A stretch of DNA of 64,000 bases from Podarcis muralis (taxonomy: Eukaryota). A program made the position numbers and the translations under genes. The DNA is taken from contig NC_135657.1 in assembly GCF_964188315.1 (NCBI RefSeq), positions 64,604,001 through 64,668,000 of the forward strand, in the 5' to 3' direction. Under the pieces are notes generated by a model, which worked only from the letters and a program-made list of their open reading frames with translations, searched no databases and had not been told where the DNA came from. Positions 1 through 11,583 of the stretch are shown one piece after another; the first letter of the stretch is position 1; each line of letters begins with the position of its first letter.

Positions 1-1670
1 GGAGTGAGCAGACTGATTGTCATACCGAATAATATGTGCATGACACATAGCACTTGCTTCCGACTTCTAAACTAAGTATACTGGATTTCTGTACATTAAC
101 TCTCCAGTGACTTCAGGCTACTGTTTCAAAATGAAGGTGGGCACTTCAGAAGGCCACTTTGCTCATTTTAATTTAGCCAATGGACCAGTGACATAATGCA
201 CTGTGCTAGGAGCATCCCCTTGTCTTGTCAACTGTCTCCCCTCCCCTCCCCCCCAAACCCCCCAGCAGCCCAAAAGATGCAGAAAGAGAGAGCACACACT
301 CACAGCCTTTACTTTTCCAAACTATATGCATACAAAAATAGATTCCATAGAATTAACCTTTGAAAGCACATTGGGCAGTTGTTGGCCTAACAGGTCAGTG
401 CAATAACTCCCACTAGTTCATTCTGGCCAGCAGAAATACTTGGGCTGATGGAACAATCACTTTAGGACAGCATTGAATTCCAGTCATAGAGCTGAAAGAG
501 GAACTGGGACAGAGCACTACTCTTGCAACTTCCTTCTTTGGCTCGATATACTTGTTGAGGAGGAAGGTAACCACCATGATCAAGGAGGCTTGGAGCATCT
601 GAATTCAACTGAGCTCAGAGGTTTTGCAGCGGAAGGCATCAATGGTGTCGCTGTGCCCACATGTGTTGCATTGGCAATAATGCATTTGTGTGCTGATATG
701 CACATGTTGCAGAGCCCTATGCAAGTGGACTACGCTGTCCTCAAGCTACTCTTGAGAGTCCTGTGACCTGACTGGAAGGTGTTCTGACCTGTGTTGGAAC
801 TTGTATGTATTTAACAGACCTTTTCCCTCACAAAACAGAAGGGGGGGAAACAGATTAATTAAACAGGAAATTAAATATCTGTAACTTTTGATCAAAATAG
901 GAACCTAAAGCCCAGTAATGAAAAGATGGGTGCTTAAATAACATGCACACACAAAACCCTTGATCAAATTTAGATAGAATTAATTAAGGATATAATATTC
1001 TGTCACTAAGCTATCTTGAAGCTTTTGACCTAAGTTGCAATTTAATTTCAATACTGTTGATATTGAAAAATTCCTCACAGTTGGAGAAACTAATGCAGCT
1101 TGGCATTGTTAACACTTCTTGCTGGGCTCTCCTACTGGCCTTCTATATTTAGGATTAGCAAGACAATTGTTGCCATAGCGTGGATTTATCTGATGACACA
1201 CATATTGCATATTAAAATAAATGGCAAAATGCTGTTTTCATTTCCTCCATGTTGCCCACTCCCACCCCTCCAGATCCACGCAAAACTAATGTACTCGACT
1301 GGTTTAAAGCTTTCAAAAAATACACGGGAGGAAGGTGTATCTCTGGGGAGGACGGTGGGTGAAGCAGCCAAAGGATTGTCAAACATGACCATCACACAGC
1401 AAAATGTGTGCTTAAATATGCTGAATTTCTAAGTCATTAAATGCAGTTAAAATATCTAGATTATATTGTCTCTTTAGCAGCAAAGCACTTTGGCTGCTTC
1501 GGCTCTAAAAAAAGTCAGAGCTACAGCACTGCATGTGCATCTGCTCACTATTTTCTCCCTCTCCACTGCAAAGTGAGATGTATGTGTGAATCACATTACT
1601 GCATGTCACCATAGTTACTCAGGTGCCCACTCCATGCAACTGAAAAACTACTCCCATTGTGTCTACAGTG

Positions 1671-2537
1671 TGTTGAAGCCACCTAAAATTACCTAGCCAC
1701 CATTTACTGTGGTAAAGCGTGTTCTCCATAACAGAGAGCACGTGCTGCGGTTGGGAAAAACAGGCCACCCTGCAGTGACTAGGCAAATTTGGTGAGGAAC
1801 CCAAGCCTTTAAGTGGTTAAATTGGGTTGCTGGGGAGTTTTGAATGTGGCCAATTTGGAGGAGGGGTCAGAGTCCTTAAATACAGGGGCCAGACGTTGGA
1901 CGTTCTCTTGGCCGTTTTGCATCGGATCACCCGCCCTCCCGCCCTTTTATAGGGTGGTTTTTTGTTTTGCTCGCTTGACCTTGCTATTGCCTGTCATGGG
2001 GTCGCCCGCCTTGGTGCGGGGGCCTAGTAGGAATTTTGCCATCTGGCTGATTGGCTGGTGCCATTTGGTTTTTGCCTACTACGTAGCAAATCGTCACAAC
2101 TTGTAAGGTTGGCGGTTAGGCATTGGTTAAATTGGTGCTTGGAGGGGTAAGTGCCTACCCCTCCAAATGATGCGGAAAGGGAATTCCGTTAAAGGAATCC
2201 AGGGGCTTGCCATACAATTTGTCATTGTCCCCGGAGTCAGACCTGCGGCCGTGCAAGCCCCACCGGAACATGAGGGTGAGAAGTGAGGGACTGTTGCCCA
2301 GTTTCAGATTTCTCACCCAATACTTGTTTCCCACGCTGGCTTCCGTTGGTGTCCGGAAGGGCCAGCTCTGTCCTTGAGGGCAAGGACAGATAGTCATAAC
2401 CAATGCCTAAGCAACCACTCACATTTTTTGTATTTAAATAAAGTTGTGGCCAAAATTATGCCAAAAACCTTAAACAAAAATCACGTGTGAAGTGTGATTT
2501 TTTTGGTGGGTGGCACTGTGGGACTCAACACGCAACA
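1671..2537. mobile_element. Unclassified LTR-like or DIRS-like insertion (boundaries approximate)
   Basis: CpG-richer block with TGTTG...CAACA candidate ends, AATAAA near 2437 and internal inverted repeats. No matching TSD found. Confidence 0.35.
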
Positions 2538-3057
2538 TCTGATGTTTGTTTCTTTGAATAGATATATTTGAAAGAATGACTCCATTTTAAAGGTGCTCTT
2601 TCTTCTACAAGATGCATGTGGAGCATCTGACATGAATTCCTAAACTGTAGTTTCCTATAAGAAACATTCAATAAGCTGTGTGTTTGAATACCATTATCCC
2701 TCCTGCTGCTTAAGACACTCTCTCAATTAGAAAACTCGAATTCTGTATCCATCCTGACAATCTGCTTTGTTTCTCATCATATTTATGTGCCAGCTGTTCA
2801 TGACTTTGACAAATGATGTCATTACCCAAGATGGTTGGTCCCCATTTATCTTTATTGCTGTTGTGCAAAGTGTCCAGAACAAGGAACTAGTAAGTGCTGA
2901 CTGGATCTTTAATCTGGAAGGCTATGGTTGGTTACCACCATATAGGGCCACATAGTATCTCTGAGTGACTTATTTAGCAGTCTTAGTTCTGCCTCACTGA
3001 GGAATACTACATTTGGGAAAGCTACTTAAAAGTTTGTAAAAGTCAAGTAAATATGTA

Positions 3058-5386
3058 CCGTATTTTTCGCACCATAGGACGCACTTTTTCCCTCCTAAAA
3101 AGCAAGGGAAAATGTGTGTGCGTCCTATGGAGCGAATGCAGGGGGGGAGGCAGGCGGGAAAAGCCCCCAAGAGCCGCACACAAGCTCCGTGCGCTCTTGC
3201 GGGCTTTTCCACAGGAGGGAGAAGGGACTGACTGGCCGCATCAGTCCCTTCTCCCACCTCCCAGGAAAGCCAGGAGAAGCCGTGCAGCCCTTTTAAAGTG
3301 CACGCGGCTTCTGCCGGTTTTGCGGGAGGTGGGGGAATTCCCCCACCTCCCAGAAAAGCCAGGAAAGCCCTGCGCAGCATCTCCCGGCAAGGAGAGGCTG
3401 CGCGGGGCTAAAGGGGAAGGCAAAACAGCGAGCGGGATCCATCCCGCTCGCTGCCTTGCCTTCTTCCATAGCCGCGCGCAACCCCTCCGCAAGGAGAGGC
3501 TGCGCGGGGCTAAAGGGGAAGGCAAAACAGCGAGCGGGATCCATCCCGCTCGCTGCCTTGCCTTCTTCCATAGCCGCGCGCAACCCCTCCGCAAGGAGAG
3601 GCTGCGCGGGGCTAAAGGGGAAGGCAAAACAGCGAGCGGGATCCATCCCGCTCGCTGCCTTGCCTTCTTCCATAGCCGCGCGCAACCCCTCCGCAAGGAG
3701 AGGCTGCGCGGGGCTAAAGGGGAAGGCAAAACAGCGAGCGGGATCCATCCCGCTCGCTGCCTTGCCTTCTTCCATAGCCGCGCGCAACCCCTCCGCAAGG
3801 AGAGGCTGCGCGGGGCTAAAGGGGAAGGCAAAACAGCGAGCGGGATCCATCCCGCTCGCTGCCTTGCCTTCTTCCATAGCCGCGCGCAACCCCTCCGCAA
3901 GGAGAGGCTGCGCGGGGCTTAAGGAGAAGGCAAAACAGCGAGCGGGATCCATCCCGCTCGCTGCCTTGCCTTCTTCCATAGCCGCGCGCAACCCCTCCGC
4001 AAGGAGAGGCTGCGCGGGGCTAAAGGGGAAGGCAAAACAGCGAGCGGGATCCATCCCGCTCGCTGCCTTGCCTTCTTCCATAGCCGCGCGCAACCCCTCC
4101 GCAAGGAGAGGCTGCGCGGGGCTAAAGGGGAAGGCAAAACAGCGAGCGGGATCCATCCCGCTCGCTGCCTTGCCTTCTTCCATAGCCGCGCGCAACCCCT
4201 CCGCAAGGAGAGGCTGCGCGGGGCTAAAGGGGAAGGCAAAACAGCGAGCGGGATCCATCCCGCTCGCTGCCTTGCCTTCTTCCATAGCCGCGCGCAACCC
4301 CTCCGCAAGGAGAGGCTGCGCGGGGCTAAAGGGGAAGGCAAAACAGCGAGCGGGATCCATCCCGCTCGCTGCCTTGCCTTCTTCCATAGCCGCGCGCAAC
4401 CCCTCCGCAAGGAGAGGCTGCGCGGGGCTTAAGGAGAAGGCAAAACAGCGAGCGGGATCCATCCCGCTCGCTGCCTTGCCTTCTTCCATAGCCGCGCGCA
4501 ACCCCTCCGCAAGGAGAGGCTGCGCGGGGCTAAAGGGGAAGGCAAAACAGCGAGCGGGATCCATCCCGCTCGCTGCCTTGCCTTCTTCCATAGCCGCGCG
4601 CAACCCCTCCGCAAGGAGAGGCTGCGCGGGGCTTAAGGGGAAGGCAAAACAGCGAGCGGGATCCATCCCGCTCGCTGCCTTGCCTTCTTCCATAGCCACG
4701 CGCAACCCCTCCGCAAGGAGAGGCTGCGCGGGGCTAAAGGGGAAGGCAAAACAGCGAGCGGGATCCATCCCGCTCGCTGCCTTGCCTTCTTCCATAGCCG
4801 CGCGCAACCCCTCCGCAAGGAGAGGCTGCGCGGGGCTAAAGGGGAAGGCAAAACAGCGAGCGGGATCCATCCCGCTCGCTGCCTTGCCTTCTTCCATAGC
4901 CGCGCGCAACCCCTCCGCAAGGAGAGGCTGCGCGGGGCTAAAGGGGAAGGCAAAACAGCGAGCGGGATCCATCCCGCTCGCTGCCTTGCCTTCTTCCATA
5001 GCCGCGCGCAACCCCTCCGCAAGGAGAGGCTGCGCGGGGCTAAAGGGGAAGGCAAAACAGTGAGCGGGATCCATCCCGCTCGCTGCCTTGCCTTCTTCCA
5101 TAGCCACGCGCAACCCCTCCGCAAGGAGAGGCTGCATGGGGCTATGGCTTCTTTAGCCCTGTGCAGCGTCTCCCGGCAAGGAGAGGCTGCATGGGGCTAA
5201 AGGGGAAGCCAAAACTTGGCTTGCTCCATAGCTGCTCGCAACCCCTCCAGCAGGGAGAGGTTGTGCGCACCCTGTACGCTGCTCTTTGGGTCTGGGGGGG
5301 GGGGAAAGATTTTTTTCTTGATTTTCCCCCCCTAAAAACTGGGTGCGCCCTATGGTCCGGTGCGCCCTATGGTGCGAAAAATACGG
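3058..5386. mobile_element. Non-autonomous Tc1/mariner (Tc2/Kanga-like) MITE swollen by an internal satellite
   Basis: 27-bp TIRs CCGTATTTTTCGCACCATAGG(A/G)CGCAC with 1 mismatch, flanked by TA at 3056-57 and 5387-88. CCGTA termini are typical of Tc2-group elements. Confidence 0.9.
3387..5144. repeat. 102-bp tandem repeat, 17 full units plus a partial unit; each unit is an imperfect palindrome
   Basis: Units start at 3387+102n (checked at 3489, 3591, 3897, 3999, 4509, 4611, 4713, 4917, 5019, 5121). About 66% GC, 10 CpG per unit. Confidence 0.98.
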
Positions 5387-6652
5387 TATATGATGATGCG
5401 ATTCAAATAGTACAATTAACAGATGGCAGGGACAATTGTGTATTTATATTTCTGGGCAACAACATTTGGCAGATATAATTATTTTACAGGTGTTAACTGC
5501 CCTTCTATTAAGAAATGGTACATCACAATAGATGCTTCATAAAGTCAACAATTTATCATCTCTTTTCATATCCCTTCCATGAAAACCTCCACAGCTAAAT
5601 TCAGCATATGCAAGTGTACTTTCAGGTTTGAAACAACAGAACTGAAGAATAGGTGTTGAATAATTTTCACACTGGTGACTGAGAAAAGCACCCATGTCTT
5701 TCTTTTTTTAAGAAGTTAACAAGTTACAAAGTACCCATAAGTACAAGCAGATAGATTTTGTGGGTCACCAACAGCTAGAGAGAACTAGTCTGGTTTTGAC
5801 ATAGAAGCTGAATTAATACTAATACCTTTACATTTGACGCCTTGGCATTCACCCTCTTCTCCCTGCATTGAAAAGCATATAGTAGAAGTTATAGAGATAT
5901 GGAGGTCAGCACCAATCCTTTGTTCAGAAAATCCTGCACTGCTTCATCATGTATCTGTCTTTGTGGGCATATTCTCCTTCATGCTTTACAGACCACTAGT
6001 CTTCGACAATTGACATTGGAAATCAGGTGACAAGTCTGCTGTCATGTACTGTACTAAGAAAATACCCTCTATAGTCAATGGGAAATGAAGGAAGATACCT
6101 TACTCAGCACATAGGTTATCCTGAATGATTACAGTACAACTAGAATCCTATGGTATGGCATATTTAGGCTAACCATTCACAGTCCACTTAGAGTAGTCTC
6201 ATTTAGTGTTGCCACAGCATATAAATGGATTTGTCCTTGGAAGATAGCATGAAATGCTTCTTATCATAATTGCCCATTTTTAGATATGAGTTGATAGTGC
6301 TTTTTTAATAGGGTTGTTAACCTATTAACTATTTTAGTTGATGAAGCAGTAAAAAGGCAGTTGATCAATCAGCTAAATTTAATATTACCAAAGCCCAATA
6401 TCAGTGCTTTTTAAAGATATTGAAGGAAATGTAGCATGACTTGAAAACAAGAGCTATCATCATAGTTAGAACAAAAGGCCATTTTAATCCCCCCCCCCAT
6501 ACTGTATTGCAATTAGGGATTAATGAATCAGTCTATTTTTCATCTCTCTTGCTTCTGCAGGTGCTCATCCTAAACCTGTTCAATCCCAATTCCACTAATA
6601 TGCAACTTAAAAAACTTATCATGAAATTTACATTTCACTATATATTTTTAAA

Positions 6653-6814
6653 GGGACGCGGGTGGTGCTGTGGGTTAAACCACAGAGTCTAGGACTTGCC
6701 GATCAGAAGGGTCGGCGGTTCAGATCCCTGCAATGGGGTGAGCTCCTGTTGCTCGGTCCCAGCCAACCTAGCAGTTCGAAAGCACGTCAAAGTGCAAGTA
6801 GATAAATAGGTACC
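6653..6814 (+). mobile_element. Sauria SINE (Squam1-type), 3'-truncated
   Basis: GGGACGCGGGTGGTGCTGTGGGTTAAACCACAGAG...GCAGTTCGAAAGCACGTCAAAGTGCAAGTAGATAAATAGGTACC matches the recalled lacertid Sauria SINE 5' part. Confidence 0.85.
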
Positions 6815-9800
6815 TGAATTTCCCTACCTTTACCTTTGTAAAGTAGCAAAATATATTAGAGGGATGGTGAAAGACACCTTCATGTAAACCCAGGAACTAT
6901 TTACGCATGTTAGATTGCTCATATAAGCTAAAAAAGTGCAAACAGAGCACTCCTGTGCGAAGCTCTTAGAAATAGTAGAATGAGTAATAATGCAGTAGCA
7001 TTATTCCCTCAATTTTTGTCTCAAATATTAGTGTGCTTGCAAAACATAGCCTCATTCTCATGGCACTTGAAAATTCCTTTAGCATTTTGGTAGGTGGGTG
7101 CTTTGGAGCTTACCATATCATTACAAGATAGCCAGGTGGTGTATGTTCTTTATTCCCAATAAAGCAAGGGTCAGTAATCTGTGGCGTTTTGGATGCTGCT
7201 AGACTCCCAGCTCCTATTGTTCCCATGCTGGGACTGATGTGCATTGGAGTTCATCAACATTTGGAGTGCCACAGATTTCTCACCCCCTTGTAGTAAAGTC
7301 TGCAAAATAATTTGCCTTTTACATTAGCAATCCACTGGGTATGGAAAACAATGATGTCTATAACTATTAGTTAGGCGGCAGGAGGAATAAAGGTTTTGTG
7401 GGTTTTATAAGTGTTTAGGTTTGTCTAGCGCCTACTTAATTTGGGTACCCAATGCTTTGGCAGAAGAAAGCCGGCAGTCCACATGTTATTATCATTGAAA
7501 TAAAGGAAAGGGTAATGTTCCTTGATTACATGTGTTCTACTCAAATTATTTGGTCAATAGCCAAAGAGTTACTTTAGGGCCCAGTGGCATTTGTTGTTGT
7601 TGAACTAGCGGAGTTACAAACTCCTTTTTAAATTCCCCTTGCATTTTCAAAGCCGCTGTTGTTGTGTAGTGGTAGGTTACTGGTCATAATCTCTGGGTCC
7701 TTCCTGGGCTGGTAGAAACACTGCTCTAGATCTTGGGATCGTGCTGTTTGTCTTAAAATTCACCCTGTCCAAGGCAGGGTGTAGAGAGGCTACCTTGCCC
7801 TTGCAGCTTATAAAAATGCCAACCAGAAGTTTTAATTCAGACTTTCTGCTGCAGTTTCCCCATCTAAGCACTTGGAGGAAAAATGCCAAGCATCAGTCAG
7901 AGCTCTTAATGGGCCTGGAAAGCAGTGTGAAGAGAGCAGTGTTGGAGCTTCGAACAAAAGGAAATTAACTTGACCCAAACTCCTTGTTTTAACTACATCC
8001 ATTCAGTACTTCCCTCTCTCCCCCATCTCCCGGATATTTGATATTCTTGGTTTTGAAATACAAGGGAGAGGGCTGCCAGCAAAACTTTGTCTCATTTTCT
8101 TTGACTAGAAATCACAGAAGCATGTTAACTGAGCAAAAAGGATTTGGTTTCACAGACATGTCTTTATGTTTGGCCTGTGACTCTAATTTGAATTGTCCCA
8201 AAGGAGGTTTATATGTCTTGCAGAAAAGAGACCAGTTTTCAAGCAAAAGAAGGACACAATTGTTTTTTGCACTTGAACACGATTTTGCTCTGTTCTGTTT
8301 ACAGTGGAAGACAGCATGACCCACTTTTCTGACTCTGGTGGCAATATGATACTTGAACAGAGACAGTACAGATTTTTTTTAAAAAAAACACAAGCCACCT
8401 AAATTATGCTGATTATAATATCAAACAAATGTTTGGGTAATGCAATTGTGAATAATTATGAATAATTTACCATGCAACAACTTTTGTTAGTGGCTGTGAC
8501 ACCTTCCCACATATAGTCACTGACTGACTAATCTCTGTCTCCTAATTCCTGTGTTTGGAATACATATGGGAGTTGGTACCATGTGGGGGCGTCTTATATA
8601 TGGTAAAATACGGTACATACATTAATGCAATTTTGCCCAATCTACATATTTTTATAAAGCAGTTTTCTGTAATACAGTTTTGTGTGCTATTTTCAGTAAT
8701 ATATGCACACTTTACCATTTTTGCATGTATTACTTGGCTGGAAAACTACTTTTCAAAATTCAGAGAAGTGTGAATTCTGAAGGATGGCATATTGTTTCAG
8801 AAAGTGTTTTATATAGGTTTGCCTTTAATTGCAAACTGAATCAGTTTTCTCATCCATCAAAAGTGTCTGCTGAACCTTAGGAAATGATTGCATTTGCATG
8901 TCTCTTTCTGGTCCAGGACCCACAGAGACACCAAGTCTCAGAATACATGCAGATGGCCACCAGAAAGAAGCCTACATTGCACTCTGGGGTCTTCCTTCCT
9001 TCCTGTTAAAAAGCATGTGGTTTTGTGTTATCAGAATCAAGCCTGTGGGTTGCAGCTTTCTAGAAAAATGGTGTAAAAGTGCAACGTTGATTTGTTTATG
9101 ATTTTCTGCAAACCCTCGGATCTGCTTACAAAATCTGCTTATGTTGAACAAAGCTCTTCCTACTGTATGTAAAAATTAAGTTATTTAGCATATGGTATGC
9201 GTTGGTTGATTTGATATGTTTCGGCTCACATTTGGCACTTCTCAAAATTCAGAAAAGATATGCAGATTAATTCATGAAAGCAAACGTGCATGTTCCCTCT
9301 GGTATATTTTAAATTAGAGAGCAGACCTCCAGGTTGTATTCAATGCAATTTTCACACAAGTTTGAGCCTCCTCCACTGCAAAACAAATATTGGATGCAAA
9401 AACAAAAATGGCCAGCAATTGATACAGATGGCAAGATTTCCCCTGATAATGACTATGCCAGATTTCTTAGAAACAGTTAAATAACTCTTGTGTCGTTCAC
9501 CTCTAAGTGCATGATGTGCACTCAGTTTTCTCATAACTTCCAGTCAAAATCAGTTGGCCCATTCCCACCCATCTGGCACCCAAGTCATGAAGCTGCTCTA
9601 AATGGGCAAAGATGTGGGGGAAAGGAAACTGTCTTCCTCATGTTGAGATCCATGAGCCCCAAAACATCCCTGGAAGTCTTCTCACTCCAGTTGTGATGCT
9701 TTGAGTCACATGTTGCATCATTCCCCCCCCCCAACCTAGTGCCTTCCAGATATTTTTTAATACAACTCCCATCACTCCCACCCAGACTGATGAGAGCTGT

Positions 9801-11009
9801 TATTCAAAACATCTGGAAGGCACAGTGCTGGGATAAATTGGTTTGGAGCTTCTTCTTTTCCACATTTCCCTTAATATATGAACCAGCAGTCAGTGTGCTA
9901 GATAGAATACCTGATTTTCTGGTCTCTTCGGGCCCGATGGTTCTATAATTTGAAGACTGACACTTAGAAGCAGCAAAGATGTAGCAGCTTTTGGGGGGGG
10001 GAGGGCGCGGAATTGATGCTGCCCAACTCAATTGCTTCCTAATGTTAAAGACAAACTAAATACCTTAGAGAAATAATCTCGGAAAATGCTTGTGCCATTT
10101 ACAATTCAAGCAAAGCTTTTCTGGCGTTGGTTTGTGTTTCCTGTCACATTTTTTGTTTCTTTGCTGTTTCATTTTCATGCTTGTTGACATGCTCATTCAC
10201 ATTTTATTATACCAGATAGGTTTGATTCATCTGGAGGAATGAGTTTAAAGAGGTCACACCTTATAATCATGCTAGCATTTCCACTCGTTGAAGGCTATAT
10301 ATTTTCTTTTTAATTTAAATGCTGGAAAATGCTCTCGGATTACTACACCTAAGCTGAGGAAATCAATGGAATTTATTATCAAGGGATGTCTAATCTCCAC
10401 AGCTAATACAAGACTGCACAGCTATTGATTACAGGTGAGGGATACACAAACTGTTAATCATGAATGGAGGCTGCAGAATAAACATACCATCAGATAAACA
10501 GACAAGTAATTGCCAACAGTGCAGTTATATCTTTGTCTCTTTGCTCTGTCTCTGCAGCAGGGACAAATACATTTTGAATGCATAAGTATATGCGGTAAAA
10601 TATATTGATAATCCCCTGGTTTCTGTTGAAGCTATGATGAGACTGCTGATCTTAACAGTAAGTTCCCTAGATCCATAAAGTTAATTAATAATAATAACTA
10701 ACGATAATATCCATAAATTAAGTCAGGTGTTTTCTTTAGCTCCCCACAGACATTAACAGATTTAGTCCTTTCACCTGGAAAAAGGAGAAAACAAAAAGCT
10801 AATAGTTTTTCACAAACTCAGAAGAAAAAGAAAGGTATAGAACCACTTCACTCCTTATGTATATTTTAGGTAGGTGGTCCCTTGGATTTCATCTCACCCC
10901 TGAGATTACAGTTATGTAGAATTGGTTGCATGTTGGCATACTGGGTCTGTATGTATGATGCATTCTAAACTTAGCAACCATGGAATGATGGGCAGTCCAC
11001 TTGTGAATC

Positions 11010-11476
11010 AGGAACAGGTTAAGCAACAGGAAGCAAAGAGTAGGACTAACTGGACGCCTGATGGAGGTAGAAAGTGTAGTCTCCCAAGGATCGGTATTGG
11101 GAGCTGTGCATTTTAACTTGTTTGAAAATGATCTAGAGTTAGGAGTGAGCAGTGAGTTGACTGAGTTTGATGATTATACTAAATTGTTCAGGGTCAGTAA
11201 AACAGAAAAGGATTGCAAACTTAATGAACAGGCCATAAAATGGAGAATGCATTTGGTGCAGACAAGTGTATAGTGATATATATGTTGCAGTGAAAAATCG
11301 TAATTTCACATATATGCCCATGAGATCTCAACTGGCAGTGACTGACCAGGAACAAGTCCTTGTGGTCAGAGTGGATACCTCAATGAAGATGTTGACTCAG
11401 TTTGCAGCAGCTGTGAAAAGGCAAATTTCATGCTAGGGATCATTAGAAAAGGAATGGAAAACAGCCAGTATCATAA
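11010..11476 (+). mobile_element. CR1 LINE reverse transcriptase fragment (degenerate)
   Basis: Translates SQGSVLGAVHFNLFENDLELGVSSELTEFDDYTKLF (decayed PQGSVLGP...FADDTKL). Downstream DNA encodes CR1-like AVKKANxMLGIIRKG. Confidence 0.85.
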
Positions 11477-11583
11477 GGCAGCGGGAGGCCCCATTAGCTA
11501 AAGTGGTGTCTCAGGTTAAGAACAGTTTCAGGTTAAGAATGGACCTCCGGAACGAATTAAGTTCTTAACCTGAGGTACCACTG
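11477..11583 (-). mobile_element. Half of a Tigger-like MITE (same family as 53400-53625)
   Basis: Ends GAGGTACCACTG|TA. The interior is the reverse complement of the 53400 element's left part. Confidence 0.8.

Noticed and set aside
3053-5137. Long ORFs of 614, 535, 289, 219 and 163 aa on both strands
   Set aside because: They are products of a GC-rich repeat whose 102-bp period is a multiple of 3, giving 34-aa repeats in several frames at once. There is no domain signature, and they lie in an intron inside a MITE.
3387-5144. CRISPR-like array of palindromic repeats
   Set aside because: The units are contiguous and near-identical with no unique spacers, there are no cas genes, and the context is vertebrate.
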